Shown piece by piece: positions 29,126 to 38,502 of a stretch of DNA of 64,000 nucleotides; positions within the stretch are counted from its first letter, which is position 1, and each line of letters starts with the position of its first letter. The stretch is from SAR116 cluster bacterium AG-335-B03 (GTDB lineage: Bacteria > Pseudomonadota > Alphaproteobacteria > Puniceispirillales > Marisalimonadaceae), in contig QBZG01000002.1 in assembly GCA_003282435.1 (NCBI GenBank), positions 44,967 through 108,966 of the forward strand, in the 5' to 3' direction. The notes under the pieces are model-generated. The model was not told where the DNA came from. It saw only the letters and a program-made list of their open reading frames with translations, and searched no databases. Both the position numbers and the translations under genes were made by a program.

Positions 29126-29465
29126 TTAAAGTACCATTTTCTAGTTTAATATCTGGGCGTAATAAATGAACATTTTTACCGGAAATTGCTCCTAGTATAA
29201 GAACTTCAGAAGTGAACCCCGCAACTTTTTTTGATGGTAAGTTACATACTGCAACAACTTGTCTTCCTATTAATTCTTTTAATGAATAATTAGTAATTTG
29301 AGCTGATGTGTATTTGAGACCTACATTTGTACCAAAATCAATTTTTAAAATATATGCAGGTTTTTTTGCTTTAACATTCTTGGATGCTTCTAAAATTGTT
29401 CCTAAAACAAGGTTTAATTTAGAAAAATCATTAATAGAAATCTCTTCATTATTTGATAAGAGCAT
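29118..29465 (-). CDS. csaA: tRNA-binding protein / chaperone CsaA
   Basis: KPAYILKIDFG, SAQIT, GRQVVAVCNL, SEVLILG. Confidence 0.85.
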   Translation of the reverse strand: MLLSNNEEISINDFSKLNLVLGTILEASKNVKAKKPAYILKIDFGTNVGLKYTSAQITNYSLKELIGRQVVAVCNLPSKKVAGFTSEVLILGAISGKNVHLLRPDIKLENGTLIG

Positions 29466-29469
29466 AGAT

Positions 29470-29817
29470 TTATTTTTTACTTAATTTAATTAAATTTTTC
29501 ATTTTGGAAATGTTTTGAACCATCTTAGATTTTAACATCCCACCTGAATCAATAATTATATTACGATACATGACGTCCCCATCTACAACACCAGTTGATT
29601 TTAAATGTAAATTTTCAGCTTGAATATCTGCATTCATTTCACCTTCAACTATAATGTTTACAGCTGATACATGACCAATAAGTATACCTGATTTCTTAAT
29701 ATGTAAGTTTTTCACATATAACGAACCTTCAAAACTTCCACAAAGCTCTAAATCTCCAGATCCAGAATATTCACCTTTAAAGAACGAGTCTTCTGTAATT
29801 CTAATTGATTGTTTCAA
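29470..29817 (-). CDS. Bactofilin (polymer-forming cytoskeletal protein)
   Basis: Beta-helix repeats GSFEGSL, IIVEG, TGVVDGDV, IIIDSGG; TTG start. Confidence 0.8.
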   Translation of the reverse strand: MKQSIRITEDSFFKGEYSGSGDLELCGSFEGSLYVKNLHIKKSGILIGHVSAVNIIVEGEMNADIQAENLHLKSTGVVDGDVMYRNIIIDSGGMLKSKMVQNISKMKNLIKLSKK

Positions 29818-29888
29818 TTTTTTTCCGACTAACTACACAATTAATCATGCAAAGTTTTTAACATTAAATCAATGACAATTTGAGGTTA

Positions 29889-30245
29889 TCACTCATTACC
29901 AATACATTTTAAGGTTAAGTCATTAGTATATATTTCATTGTAGCTTTCTTTAATAGATCTTAAAATGGAATTGAAAGCCAAGGATTTATCTTTAATTATA
30001 AATATGTAATTAAGAATCGGATCATTATCTTTAGAACCTTTACTAATAGCCATTAACATTTTTTCAGAATTTTCTACAACTTTATAATCCGCAGGTTCGC
30101 CCTTTTCATCCTCATATTTTAATAATTTATCTTCAATAAACATTTTTGAAAAACGACCATATTTTTTATCGATGCATGAATATTCCAATGCGTGAGAATT
30201 GAAAGAATAAAATAAACAAAAAATTATTAAATATATGAATTTCAT
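29889..30245 (-). CDS. Hypothetical exported protein
   Basis: Signal peptide ending SHA; Cys near both ends of the mature chain. Confidence 0.6.
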   Translation of the reverse strand: MKFIYLIIFCLFYSFNSHALEYSCIDKKYGRFSKMFIEDKLLKYEDEKGEPADYKVVENSEKMLMAISKGSKDNDPILNYIFIIKDKSLAFNSILRSIKESYNEIYTNDLTLKCIGNE

Positions 30246-30341
30246 TAAATTTCCCTATTTAAACCCATAAAACACTTAGTAATTTAAAATATTATTAAAA
30301 TAATCTAACATATCTTAAAAATAACTTTAATAAATTATAAA

Positions 30342-30479
30342 ATGAAAAAGCAAACTACTCTATTATTTATCTTTTGGGCTCTAGCTTTTATTGTTGTCGC
30401 TTGGTTATTCCCTTTCATGGCCAGAGAAAATAACTTTTTAAATGATTTTTTATCATATTGTGTAACATTTATAAAATGA
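30342..30479 (+). CDS. Small membrane protein, 45 aa (below the ORF-track cut-off)
   Basis: Own translation: MKKQTTLLFIFWALAFIVVAWLFPFMARENNFLNDFLSYCVTFIK*; one TM helix; upstream of the SCO gene. Confidence 0.45.
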   Translation: MKKQTTLLFIFWALAFIVVAWLFPFMARENNFLNDFLSYCVTFIK

Positions 30480-30534
30480 CAAAGATTTTATAAGAGAGTA
30501 AAAGGATAAGTAAACTCACTTTAGACTAAATTTC

Positions 30535-31140
30535 ATGACACCCATAAATAAAAAAATAACTCTAATATCTACAATTATAGTTTCTTTTGTAATTATTTTA
30601 ATTGCAACGTTTATGTTTGCAGAGCATCTATCTAGTCAGAATAGTCCTAAGAATATATCAGACGTCATTAAAAACATAAATTTAGTTGATCAAAATGGAA
30701 GTCAATTTAATACAAAAAGTCTTAACGAAAAACCATCTTTACTTTTTTTTGGATTCACACACTGTCCTGAAATTTGTCCAACAACACTAACTCAATTATC
30801 ATCAGTTACAGAAAATCTTAAACCTCCTCTTGATTTAACAAATATAATTTTCGTAACATTAGACCCTAAACGAGATACCCAAGATCACTTAAAAGATTAC
30901 ATTCAATATTTCAATAAAAATGTAATTGCTATTACAGGTAAAATTAATGAAATCAAAAGTTTGGCTGACAATTGGAATATATTTTTTGAAACTATTGGTT
31001 CATCGAAAGATAATTATAATCTAAACCATACAGCATCTGTCTTTATGCTTGATAGGAAAGGTATTTTTAGAGGAACTCTTGCTTGGGGCGAGAATGAGGA
31101 ATCTATAATAAAAAAGATAATTAATTTAAATGAATATTAA
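30535..31140 (+). CDS. SCO1/SenC copper chaperone
   Basis: FFGFTHCPEICP (CxxxC), DPKRD, conserved His in NHTA; N-terminal TM anchor. Confidence 0.92.
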   Translation: MTPINKKITLISTIIVSFVIILIATFMFAEHLSSQNSPKNISDVIKNINLVDQNGSQFNTKSLNEKPSLLFFGFTHCPEICPTTLTQLSSVTENLKPPLDLTNIIFVTLDPKRDTQDHLKDYIQYFNKNVIAITGKINEIKSLADNWNIFFETIGSSKDNYNLNHTASVFMLDRKGIFRGTLAWGENEESIIKKIINLNEY

Positions 31141-31919
31141 TCAAAAACATATCCAAATCTTTTTAAGTCTTCTTTAGTTCTTTCAGAGGAAAGAAACTTT
31201 AAAAAAAGTATTGCATTATCTTTTTTTTCACCATTTTTGAGTAAAATAGCATCTTGTTTAATTGGCGAATATAAATTTTGAGGAATTTCCCATGTTATTC
31301 CCTTCATATTATTACTTATAAAATCTGCCTTGGAAACAAAACCTAAATCTAAATTACCAAAGAAGCTCATTAAAAAAACTTGATTAACACTTTTACCTAA
31401 AACGAACTTTGGAGATATTTCCTTAATAACTTTTAATGATTTTAGAACTTCTATAGCAGCTCTTCCATATGGAACATATTCTGGTTTTCCAATTCCAATA
31501 TGATTAATTTTATTTGAAGTTAAGAATTGAGGAAAACTTCGACCAAAAAGAAATTTTTTCGTACTGTACACAACTAATTTTCCAGTTGCATATGTAAAAC
31601 GTGTTTCTTTTATTGCTTTTGCAGTTTTTTCAAGTTTTTTTGGCTGATTTTGATCAGCTGATAAAAAAATATCTAATGGGGCCCCATTTATAATTTGTGA
31701 GTATAAACTTCCACTAGAACCACTTGAAATAAATATTTTGCCATCATTTATGCTTTCAAAGTTTTCTTTTAATGCTTTCATGGGTGTCAAAAAATTTGAA
31801 GCTACACCAATATAAATATCTTCTGCAAATAGATGCTTAAAAGGGATGGAGTTTAAAAATATTAATAATAAATATAATAGTATGAAATTAATTTTTAATT
31901 TACCTCTTGTTAAAAACAT
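31137..31919 (-). CDS. modA: Molybdate ABC transporter substrate-binding protein
   Basis: VASNF, GSSGSLYSQIINGAP.DIFLSAD, YATGKL, PYGRAA, PIKQDA. Confidence 0.9.
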   Translation of the reverse strand: MFLTRGKLKINFILLYLLLIFLNSIPFKHLFAEDIYIGVASNFLTPMKALKENFESINDGKIFISSGSSGSLYSQIINGAPLDIFLSADQNQPKKLEKTAKAIKETRFTYATGKLVVYSTKKFLFGRSFPQFLTSNKINHIGIGKPEYVPYGRAAIEVLKSLKVIKEISPKFVLGKSVNQVFLMSFFGNLDLGFVSKADFISNNMKGITWEIPQNLYSPIKQDAILLKNGEKKDNAILFLKFLSSERTKEDLKRFGYVFD

Positions 31920-31925
31920 AACAAA

Positions 31926-32141
31926 TTAACTGAAAAAATTACTTAAATAATCAACTATAAAAACTATGATTATTGTTAGTATTATAAAAATAAATAAAAT
32001 AGTCTGAAGATAATCACTAATTAAAACAACCATAAATTGTTTTGTTTCTCTAATTCCTAAGAAGAACAAAGATAAAATTAAAGATAGAGGAAAAGTTAAA
32101 AAAAATAGGGTAGAAAAAATCCAGAATTTAATAAAACCCAT
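31926..32141 (-). CDS. Small hypothetical membrane protein
   Basis: 71 aa, two hydrophobic segments; between the MOSC gene and modA. Confidence 0.5.
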   Translation of the reverse strand: MGFIKFWIFSTLFFLTFPLSLILSLFFLGIRETKQFMVVLISDYLQTILFIFIILTIIIVFIVDYLSNFFS

Positions 32142-32226
32142 TTCTTTAAATCTGTTTTTTTCTTTAACTAAATTTATTTTACTACTCCAAAAAGATTTAA
32201 ACCTAGTTCTAAATTCAATTTATTGT

Positions 32227-33018
32227 TCAATTTATGTATAACTTATCTGATATTGAAACGAGACCAGTTTTTATAACTCTTGCATATACACCTAAATCTA
32301 AATGCCCATAATGGGTATTAATTTCATTTGGTATATTAATGTCTCTAATAGCATTTTCTGGGTTTACATTGGTGGCTGCACACCTCTGTGTTTTTTTGAA
32401 AACTTCTAAAACACACTCCCCAACAGAAACTTTTTTACCAATCCAATTAAATTCTTCCCAGGGATTCCCTTGATCTATTAAAAAATTTGCACGAAACCTA
32501 AAAGGATTAATGTTTTTACCTATATTTTTTTCTAATTCATTTATTGTATTTAGGTTGATTATGGACACAGCCTTATCTGGAATATCTGAAAATGAGTGAT
32601 TTAAGTTATTATTCTTTTCAATCTTTATTCCTTTTACTAACTTTGGTTTATTATCAATTCCTAAATTTAAATAATTTTGAAAAAAAGTTTCAACTTTTTT
32701 AATGTTTTCTTCTTTAAGAAGAATTTCATTTATAACAACTTTATTATCAAGATTTATAATCAATTCTCTTGTTTTTGGATCAAATTTAGTATTTAATTTT
32801 GCTAATTTTTCTTCTCTTACTAATGCTAAAAAATTTGTTTTTCTTAAATACGTCGGATTATTTTCCTCGTATGTGACATACGATCTAGCGAATGCAAACT
32901 CGCGATCTCCAGGTAGAACTTGATTTTTTTCTAGTGTAATATTTTCAAGGTTTTCACCTGATAGTCCTTTGATAGGATATCGAACTATATTTTTTATTTT
33001 GTTCATAAACACGACCAT
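32227..33018 (-). CDS. MOSC domain protein
   Basis: RYPIKGLSG, GDREFA, RFRAN, WEEFNW, RCAATNVNP, GVYARV. Confidence 0.9.
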   Translation of the reverse strand: MVVFMNKIKNIVRYPIKGLSGENLENITLEKNQVLPGDREFAFARSYVTYEENNPTYLRKTNFLALVREEKLAKLNTKFDPKTRELIINLDNKVVINEILLKEENIKKVETFFQNYLNLGIDNKPKLVKGIKIEKNNNLNHSFSDIPDKAVSIINLNTINELEKNIGKNINPFRFRANFLIDQGNPWEEFNWIGKKVSVGECVLEVFKKTQRCAATNVNPENAIRDINIPNEINTHYGHLDLGVYARVIKTGLVSISDKLYIN

Positions 33019-33129
33019 CTATAAATCAAATATTATAATTTCATATAACAATATATCTATATAAAAAATTTTAGTATAATTTTTAAGATGAAACTAAGAC
33101 TAACAGTCTTGATTTTTTCTAGTTCGGTA

Positions 33130-33552
33130 TCAAGACGCGGTTTCAAATAAAACTTCCGGATTAGACATGGTTTTAATTTCAAGAACGTTTCCATTTGGGT
33201 CTTCTACAAAAAATGTCTCTTGCTCAAATTTTGAACCAATAAATCTCCTGTATGGATTGTCAAAGTAATCAATATTGCTAGCTTCTATTCTTTTTTTTAC
33301 TTCTTCAAAATCTTTTGCTTCGAGGTGAACTCCAAAGTGAGGTACACAAACATCACCCATATCAACGTCGTGTCTTTCTCTTACTTGTTTTGTTTTTGTC
33401 TCATGAAGAGTAAGTTCATTTCCCCAAAAATTTATGTCTATCCAACGGCCTTCTTCTTGATTACCTGTTTTACATCCTAAAATATCATGATAAAATCCTA
33501 AAGCTTTTTTAATATTACCTGCAGGAATTGCTAAATGAAAACAGTTCGTCAT
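33130..33552 (-). CDS. VOC/glyoxalase family protein
   Basis: FHLAIP, FYHDILGC, PHFG, EQETFFVEDPNGNVLEIK. Confidence 0.88.
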   Translation of the reverse strand: MTNCFHLAIPAGNIKKALGFYHDILGCKTGNQEEGRWIDINFWGNELTLHETKTKQVRERHDVDMGDVCVPHFGVHLEAKDFEEVKKRIEASNIDYFDNPYRRFIGSKFEQETFFVEDPNGNVLEIKTMSNPEVLFETAS

Positions 33553-33659
33553 AAAATCTCCTTTTAAACTATTATATGAAATAAATAAATTTAATTTTTA
33601 AATTTACCACCTACAACGTTAATTAAAGTTAGAGTAAGACACAAGTATTGTCAAAAAAT

Positions 33660-34094
33660 CTAAAGGGACTTGAGGAGTTTTTTTAATAATTTCTTTGATT
33701 TGCCATAAACCTTAACTTTCTTTATTTTGTCTAAATTATTCTTATCTTCACCAACCACAACAAGACCAATCATTCCCATAGCTTTGTGAGGAGTGCATTG
33801 ATATAAATATACTCCAGGTTGTGTGAATGTATATTTAGCATCTTTACTGATTTTAGATTTATATTTAGAGGCACCTTTAGGCATACCTATAAATTCAACA
33901 TTGTGACCTTTGTCAACTGATTTCCATGTAATTTCATCATTAACTTTAATCGAAAGAACTTTTTCAGAATAAACCATTCTCTCTTTCCCAAGTTTGTTTA
34001 GCATATCTACAGTATAATTTTCTGCAATTGCATAAGTTGAAAATAATGAGATTAACATTGCAATGATTATTGATATTGATTTTATTATAAACAT
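33660..34094 (-). CDS. Pseudoazurin (blue copper protein)
   Basis: Signal peptide; DKGHNV, YLYQCTPHKAMGM type-1 Cu ligands. Confidence 0.9.
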   Translation of the reverse strand: MFIIKSISIIIAMLISLFSTYAIAENYTVDMLNKLGKERMVYSEKVLSIKVNDEITWKSVDKGHNVEFIGMPKGASKYKSKISKDAKYTFTQPGVYLYQCTPHKAMGMIGLVVVGEDKNNLDKIKKVKVYGKSKKLLKKLLKSL

Positions 34095-34290
34095 GTTTTT
34101 TCCTTATTATTATAAGTTTCATATAATAATATTTTTATAAATTTAAACCATTACACTAAAATAAACTATCAAATTATTCGAGTTAAGTTCAGACTTTATT
34201 TTAACCCACAGGTATCACATGAAAGAAATTAAATATGTCCAAAAAGGTAGTGGAAATAATTAATTTTTATTCAAGGATTGATTAATTGAT

Positions 34291-34590
34291 CTAAAATTCC
34301 ATTTCAGAAAGCAGAATTGCTAGCTGCGCTCCATGCATATCTCTATCAAAAATATGACCTTGAATTATTTTTCTTGGAAAAGAAAACTTAACAACATTTA
34401 ATTTTTCTATTTCAAATCTTTTTAAATCCTTAATATTTATCATTAATAAATTTGCTATTTTTTCATTATTTAAATTAAGACATACATCCCTATAAGCTTC
34501 TTGACTTCCACAAAAAATATCAACAGTAATCCAAAACGGGCCTGCATTTTTGGATCTAATTTTTTTAACCTTTTCTCCAAGAATTGACAA
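34291..34590 (-). CDS. DUF4387 family protein
   Basis: IRSKNAGPFWITVDIF, KFSFPR, DRDMHGAQ; abuts the AtuA-like gene. Confidence 0.8.
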   Translation of the reverse strand: MSILGEKVKKIRSKNAGPFWITVDIFCGSQEAYRDVCLNLNNEKIANLLMINIKDLKRFEIEKLNVVKFSFPRKIIQGHIFDRDMHGAQLAILLSEMEF

Positions 34591-35958
34591 TTACACCTCT
34601 GATATTTTTATTTGAAATGCATCCATTGGATTATTTAATTCTAAAAGGTGATTTAAAGAAAATTCATAAACATAACCTCTATCTGAATGAACAGGAGAAT
34701 ATGGAAAAGCAAAAGTAGGTAGTTCCTCATCAGTAGTTAAAGGAAAGTGTAGCAAAAATGGATTTATTAATTTTGCAATTTCAGTGGATATTTTATTTCT
34801 TTTTGATGTAACAATACATAAAACTCCTACCTCAACAGGAATTCTTTCACTTTTTTCTAAATCACCTAAAGTTGAATTTATACCAATGTGCCTAAAATCA
34901 AGAGAATAGTCAGAATTATTTAACTTCATTCTAAGCTTGATTTCTTTCTTTAAGAACCTTGAAAGTTTTTCAGTCCACTTCATAGCATTTTTAACGTAAA
35001 AATTTTCTCTTAATATCACCAGTAATGAGGTCTGATAACCATAAACTCGTGCTCCTTCTAACTTAACATTATATTTTTTTGATGTATGCCAGTTAGCTCC
35101 CTGTACTCTGACCTTTCTATTATTGATGGAGCTATAGCATGCATTAGTTACATCCATATATCCTCCTGGCTCTGATAAAATATAAGGATCAGCATTTTCG
35201 TAAAGCATGTGAGAAGCTACAGTATATGGGGTACAAAAAGCATTTTCAGACATTGCTTCAACTGTAAAGCCAATCTGATCAAATTCAACCAATACCACTC
35301 CTGATGTTGGATTGCTAGAACATAGAGCTCCACATTCAGCAATTTTTGCACCATGCCAGGATGCTCCTGGGTCTGAGCCGTTCATTAAGGGCAAGGCAGA
35401 TATGATAGCTGTATCAGTAGTTCGACCTGCTAAAATTATATCTGCACCTGTTTTTAAACATTCTTGAATTTGTTCTGCACCAGCAAGTGCAACGATATGT
35501 GTCATTTCATCTATTAAGCTAACATTTAAATTTGGGGCAGGATTAAGAGATGTTATTCTACTATTTTTATAATTTATCTTAATATAGTCTCTTTTTTGTT
35601 CACAGTATAACTTAGCAATTTTAAGATTTTGATTAAGCTCTTTTGCTACCTCAATAGTAATCTCCTCCATCCAGTCAACCATGCTATCAGTTCCACAAGT
35701 TCCACAACTTCCAATAATTAGAGGAACTTTGGCCTTATTTCTGGCCTTCATAAGACTTTTCCATTCTGATCTTACTGAATCTCGTGAATATTTAGAAGTC
35801 CCGGAGCCTAGAGAAAATGGGCCGCTATCAGTTGAACCACCATCAATAGCGATTATGTCAGGTTTATTTTTTATACCAGTATTTAAAGCTTTCAAATCAA
35901 AACCTAATCCAAGAACACCCGAGGGAACTAAAACTTTTGTAGATTTCATTTTTTCCAA
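34591..35958 (-). CDS. Acyclic terpene utilisation AtuA (DUF1446) family protein
   Basis: DGGSTDSGP, IGSCGTCG, ILAGRTTD, HGAKIAECGA, HMLYENADP. Confidence 0.85.
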   Translation of the reverse strand: MEKMKSTKVLVPSGVLGLGFDLKALNTGIKNKPDIIAIDGGSTDSGPFSLGSGTSKYSRDSVRSEWKSLMKARNKAKVPLIIGSCGTCGTDSMVDWMEEITIEVAKELNQNLKIAKLYCEQKRDYIKINYKNSRITSLNPAPNLNVSLIDEMTHIVALAGAEQIQECLKTGADIILAGRTTDTAIISALPLMNGSDPGASWHGAKIAECGALCSSNPTSGVVLVEFDQIGFTVEAMSENAFCTPYTVASHMLYENADPYILSEPGGYMDVTNACYSSINNRKVRVQGANWHTSKKYNVKLEGARVYGYQTSLLVILRENFYVKNAMKWTEKLSRFLKKEIKLRMKLNNSDYSLDFRHIGINSTLGDLEKSERIPVEVGVLCIVTSKRNKISTEIAKLINPFLLHFPLTTDEELPTFAFPYSPVHSDRGYVYEFSLNHLLELNNPMDAFQIKISEV

Positions 35959-36023
35959 CTTATTTATTATATATAATTAAATTAAAATATTTTTAAAAAG
36001 ATTTCTCGAGGAAAATATTTTTT

Positions 36024-36962
36024 TTAATCAATACAATAAATCCAATTTTTGTGGGTTAAAACTTCTCCTATAAATAAGAATGGTCTTATTCCTATCTTTT
36101 GGGAATATTCAATTAGATCAATTGTTTTATCTGATTTTAAAATCAACTCAGTATTTTTAAAATTTCCTTTAGAACCAATTATTAAAACAAATTCTAAGGA
36201 AATGTCTGCAAGCCCATTTTTACGTTGAGTTGGTATTAAAATTTTATCATAGTTAAATCCCCAAGATTTCAAGCAAGTAATAGCAATATCAATATTTTTT
36301 GCCTTAACTTTAATTAGGCATTGTTGAAAAATATTCTTATCTGCATTTTCTAAACTTCTTATTGGATAATTATTATTAATATCTTTATTAGAATCATATT
36401 TTTTCCACTTACTTAATTGGTCATTTGATGGAACAACAATAATTGTATTAAAAAATAACTTGGATTTAACTAAAACCTCTAACTTTATTTCTGAACTAAT
36501 CTTTTGTTCATATAATTTTTCTACCTTAGTATTTTCTTTTTTATTAATTCTGTCTTTATGTAATTTTACAAATTTAATAATATCTTTTCTTTGAGAAGAC
36601 GAAGTTATATTTTTATTTTCGAATAGTTTAAAAAAGTTTTTGCTACCCTTTTCTTCTCCATAATATTTCTGATATTGATTATCTAAAGTACTTAATTGAT
36701 ATAAAGAATCAAAAGATGTAGGAGCAAATTGTTTTACACTAATTAAGCTGTTACTCGAACCAATTGAAAACCATTTGGAAAGTGTACCTTTAGACATTCC
36801 AAGTTTACTTGCTAATTCTGTTTGCCTATTTTCTAATTTATTGACTGCATTAGTGATTGCCTCTGCCATTTCAAATATACTAATTTTAACTTTACTCTTG
36901 GCTAAACTAATTTTTGTTACATGATCATCTAATGACATTTTATTTGAAATTTGTACGCTCAT
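36024..36962 (-). CDS. HTH-containing protein with a degenerate MT-A70-like methyltransferase domain
   Basis: N-terminal HTH (QTELASKLGMSKGTLSKW), phage-like PTSFDSLYQL; C-terminal FNTIIVVP / AITCLKSWGFNY / EFVLIIGSKG align by eye with MT-A70 motifs, but DPPW is missing. Confidence 0.5.
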   Translation of the reverse strand: MSVQISNKMSLDDHVTKISLAKSKVKISIFEMAEAITNAVNKLENRQTELASKLGMSKGTLSKWFSIGSSNSLISVKQFAPTSFDSLYQLSTLDNQYQKYYGEEKGSKNFFKLFENKNITSSSQRKDIIKFVKLHKDRINKKENTKVEKLYEQKISSEIKLEVLVKSKLFFNTIIVVPSNDQLSKWKKYDSNKDINNNYPIRSLENADKNIFQQCLIKVKAKNIDIAITCLKSWGFNYDKILIPTQRKNGLADISLEFVLIIGSKGNFKNTELILKSDKTIDLIEYSQKIGIRPFLFIGEVLTHKNWIYCID

Positions 36963-37007
36963 TTTTTTACTTGAATTTATTAGTTTATGTCGAAGTGATG
37001 GTTGTTA

Positions 37008-37376
37008 CTAAAATTTCTTACCACCATCTTTGAGCCGATTTTTAATTTGGTGGTCAACTCTCACTTTGTTATATTCTAATTTTTCGTAAATAGTTTCACC
37101 TAATTTGAAACCTTTAGATTCAGCCAAATCAAAAATTCTAATAATAGCATCCGCTAATTCAACTTCCATCATAGACTTATGTTTTAAGTGGTTATCCATT
37201 AAACCTTTTCTTGCACCTTCCATTGCTTCACTAATCTCAGAATGAATTAAACATAACAACTCCCCTACATTTCTGTCTTTTTTAATACCTCTAGCATCAT
37301 GCCACCATCCACCTTTAACAGCTGCTTCGTGACAATCTTTTGCACACCCGTTTATTCCTGCAATATTTTTATCCAT
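37008..37376 (-). CDS. Phage-type MazG-like all-alpha NTP pyrophosphohydrolase
   Basis: LIHSEISEAMEG...EVELADAIIRIFD (ExxE...ExxD), KLEYNKVR.DH. Confidence 0.78.
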   Translation of the reverse strand: MDKNIAGINGCAKDCHEAAVKGGWWHDARGIKKDRNVGELLCLIHSEISEAMEGARKGLMDNHLKHKSMMEVELADAIIRIFDLAESKGFKLGETIYEKLEYNKVRVDHQIKNRLKDGGKKF

Positions 37377-37394
37377 AACTTTCTCCCACGAGTT

Positions 37395-37712
37395 TTAAAT
37401 ATTCACTAAATTAGACATGAGTAAATAACTTGCCATACCTATAGATATAGTCGCAAGAATATTGTTTGTGGTTAATGCCACAATTATAGAAATTAAACCT
37501 GCATATAATTTATAATTTTCAATAAAAAAGAGAGAATTATTTTCTACAATTGATAAGTCATCAACAATAATTGGAGTTAAAACCGCTAAAGGGATGTATT
37601 TAAATGAATTTTTAGTAGAGAGTGATAATTCTCTAGAAATTATTCCTGACATTGGAATAAATCTTATTAAAAAAGTAATTACCCCACATATTATGATTCC
37701 AAACCATATCAT
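37395..37712 (-). CDS. azlD: Branched-chain amino acid exporter small subunit
   Basis: TFLIRFIP, YIPLAVLTPII; overlaps the azlC stop. Confidence 0.82.
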   Translation of the reverse strand: MIWFGIIICGVITFLIRFIPMSGIISRELSLSTKNSFKYIPLAVLTPIIVDDLSIVENNSLFFIENYKLYAGLISIIVALTTNNILATISIGMASYLLMSNLVNI

Positions 37713-38398
37713 CTTTTTTTATCCAATTTAGAAGAAGTTAAACCAATCACAACCCCAATCAATCCTGAGATGACAATCCAAAAATTAATGTCTAAGCTTT
37801 TTAAAATTAAACCTGAAAAAGCTGACGCAATAACTACAAAAAAAGTGGAAATTGATTTAACCATTGGTACTATTATAGCAATAAAAGTAAGGGGAATAAT
37901 AAACTGTAAATCTAAAAATTGTGGTAAGTCACCACCTAACAAAACACCAATCAAAGTAGAGATTTGCCAAGACAAAAATAATGTTATTCCCGTGCCTAAA
38001 AGGTGAAAATGAAGAAAAGAGGTGCTAGGCTCATTTATAAACCTTCTAATTGATACAGCGTAAGCTTCATCAGTTAATAAATAAGATAATATAATGCGCC
38101 ATTTTAGCGATAAATTTTTCAAATACTCCATCATTGAAATACTGTATAAAAAATGTCTTGAATTTATTGCACTAACTGTTGTTACAATAAGCCCAAGCGG
38201 AGTAGCACTTGATATTAGTTGAACAAACGCTATTTGACTTGCTCCCCCAAATATAATTGAAGACATTAGAAAAGCCTGTGTGGGCGTTAAACCGCTTTCA
38301 ATAGCCATTATTCCATAAATAATCCCAAAAGGGAAAACGCCTATTTGTAAAGGTAGCTCTTCAAGTACACCTTGTTTGAAAACTTCTATTTTTTTCAT
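37709..38398 (-). CDS. azlC: Branched-chain amino acid exporter large subunit
   Basis: FGIIYG, FGGASQ, NSRHFLYS, LLTDEAYA. Confidence 0.9.
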   Translation of the reverse strand: MKKIEVFKQGVLEELPLQIGVFPFGIIYGIMAIESGLTPTQAFLMSSIIFGGASQIAFVQLISSATPLGLIVTTVSAINSRHFLYSISMMEYLKNLSLKWRIILSYLLTDEAYAVSIRRFINEPSTSFLHFHLLGTGITLFLSWQISTLIGVLLGGDLPQFLDLQFIIPLTFIAIIVPMVKSISTFFVVIASAFSGLILKSLDINFWIVISGLIGVVIGLTSSKLDKKR

Positions 38399-38502
38399 TA
38401 TACACTTATTACATTTAATTATTATACTATGTTTATATATGATTTTGTTTTTTTAAAATTATATTTATTAATACAATACCTCCATATTATTAGGATATTA
38501 AT

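Noticed and set aside
36024-37376. Prophage or mobile element call
   Set aside because: Only two phage-like genes; no integrase, structural genes, att repeats or tRNA target visible
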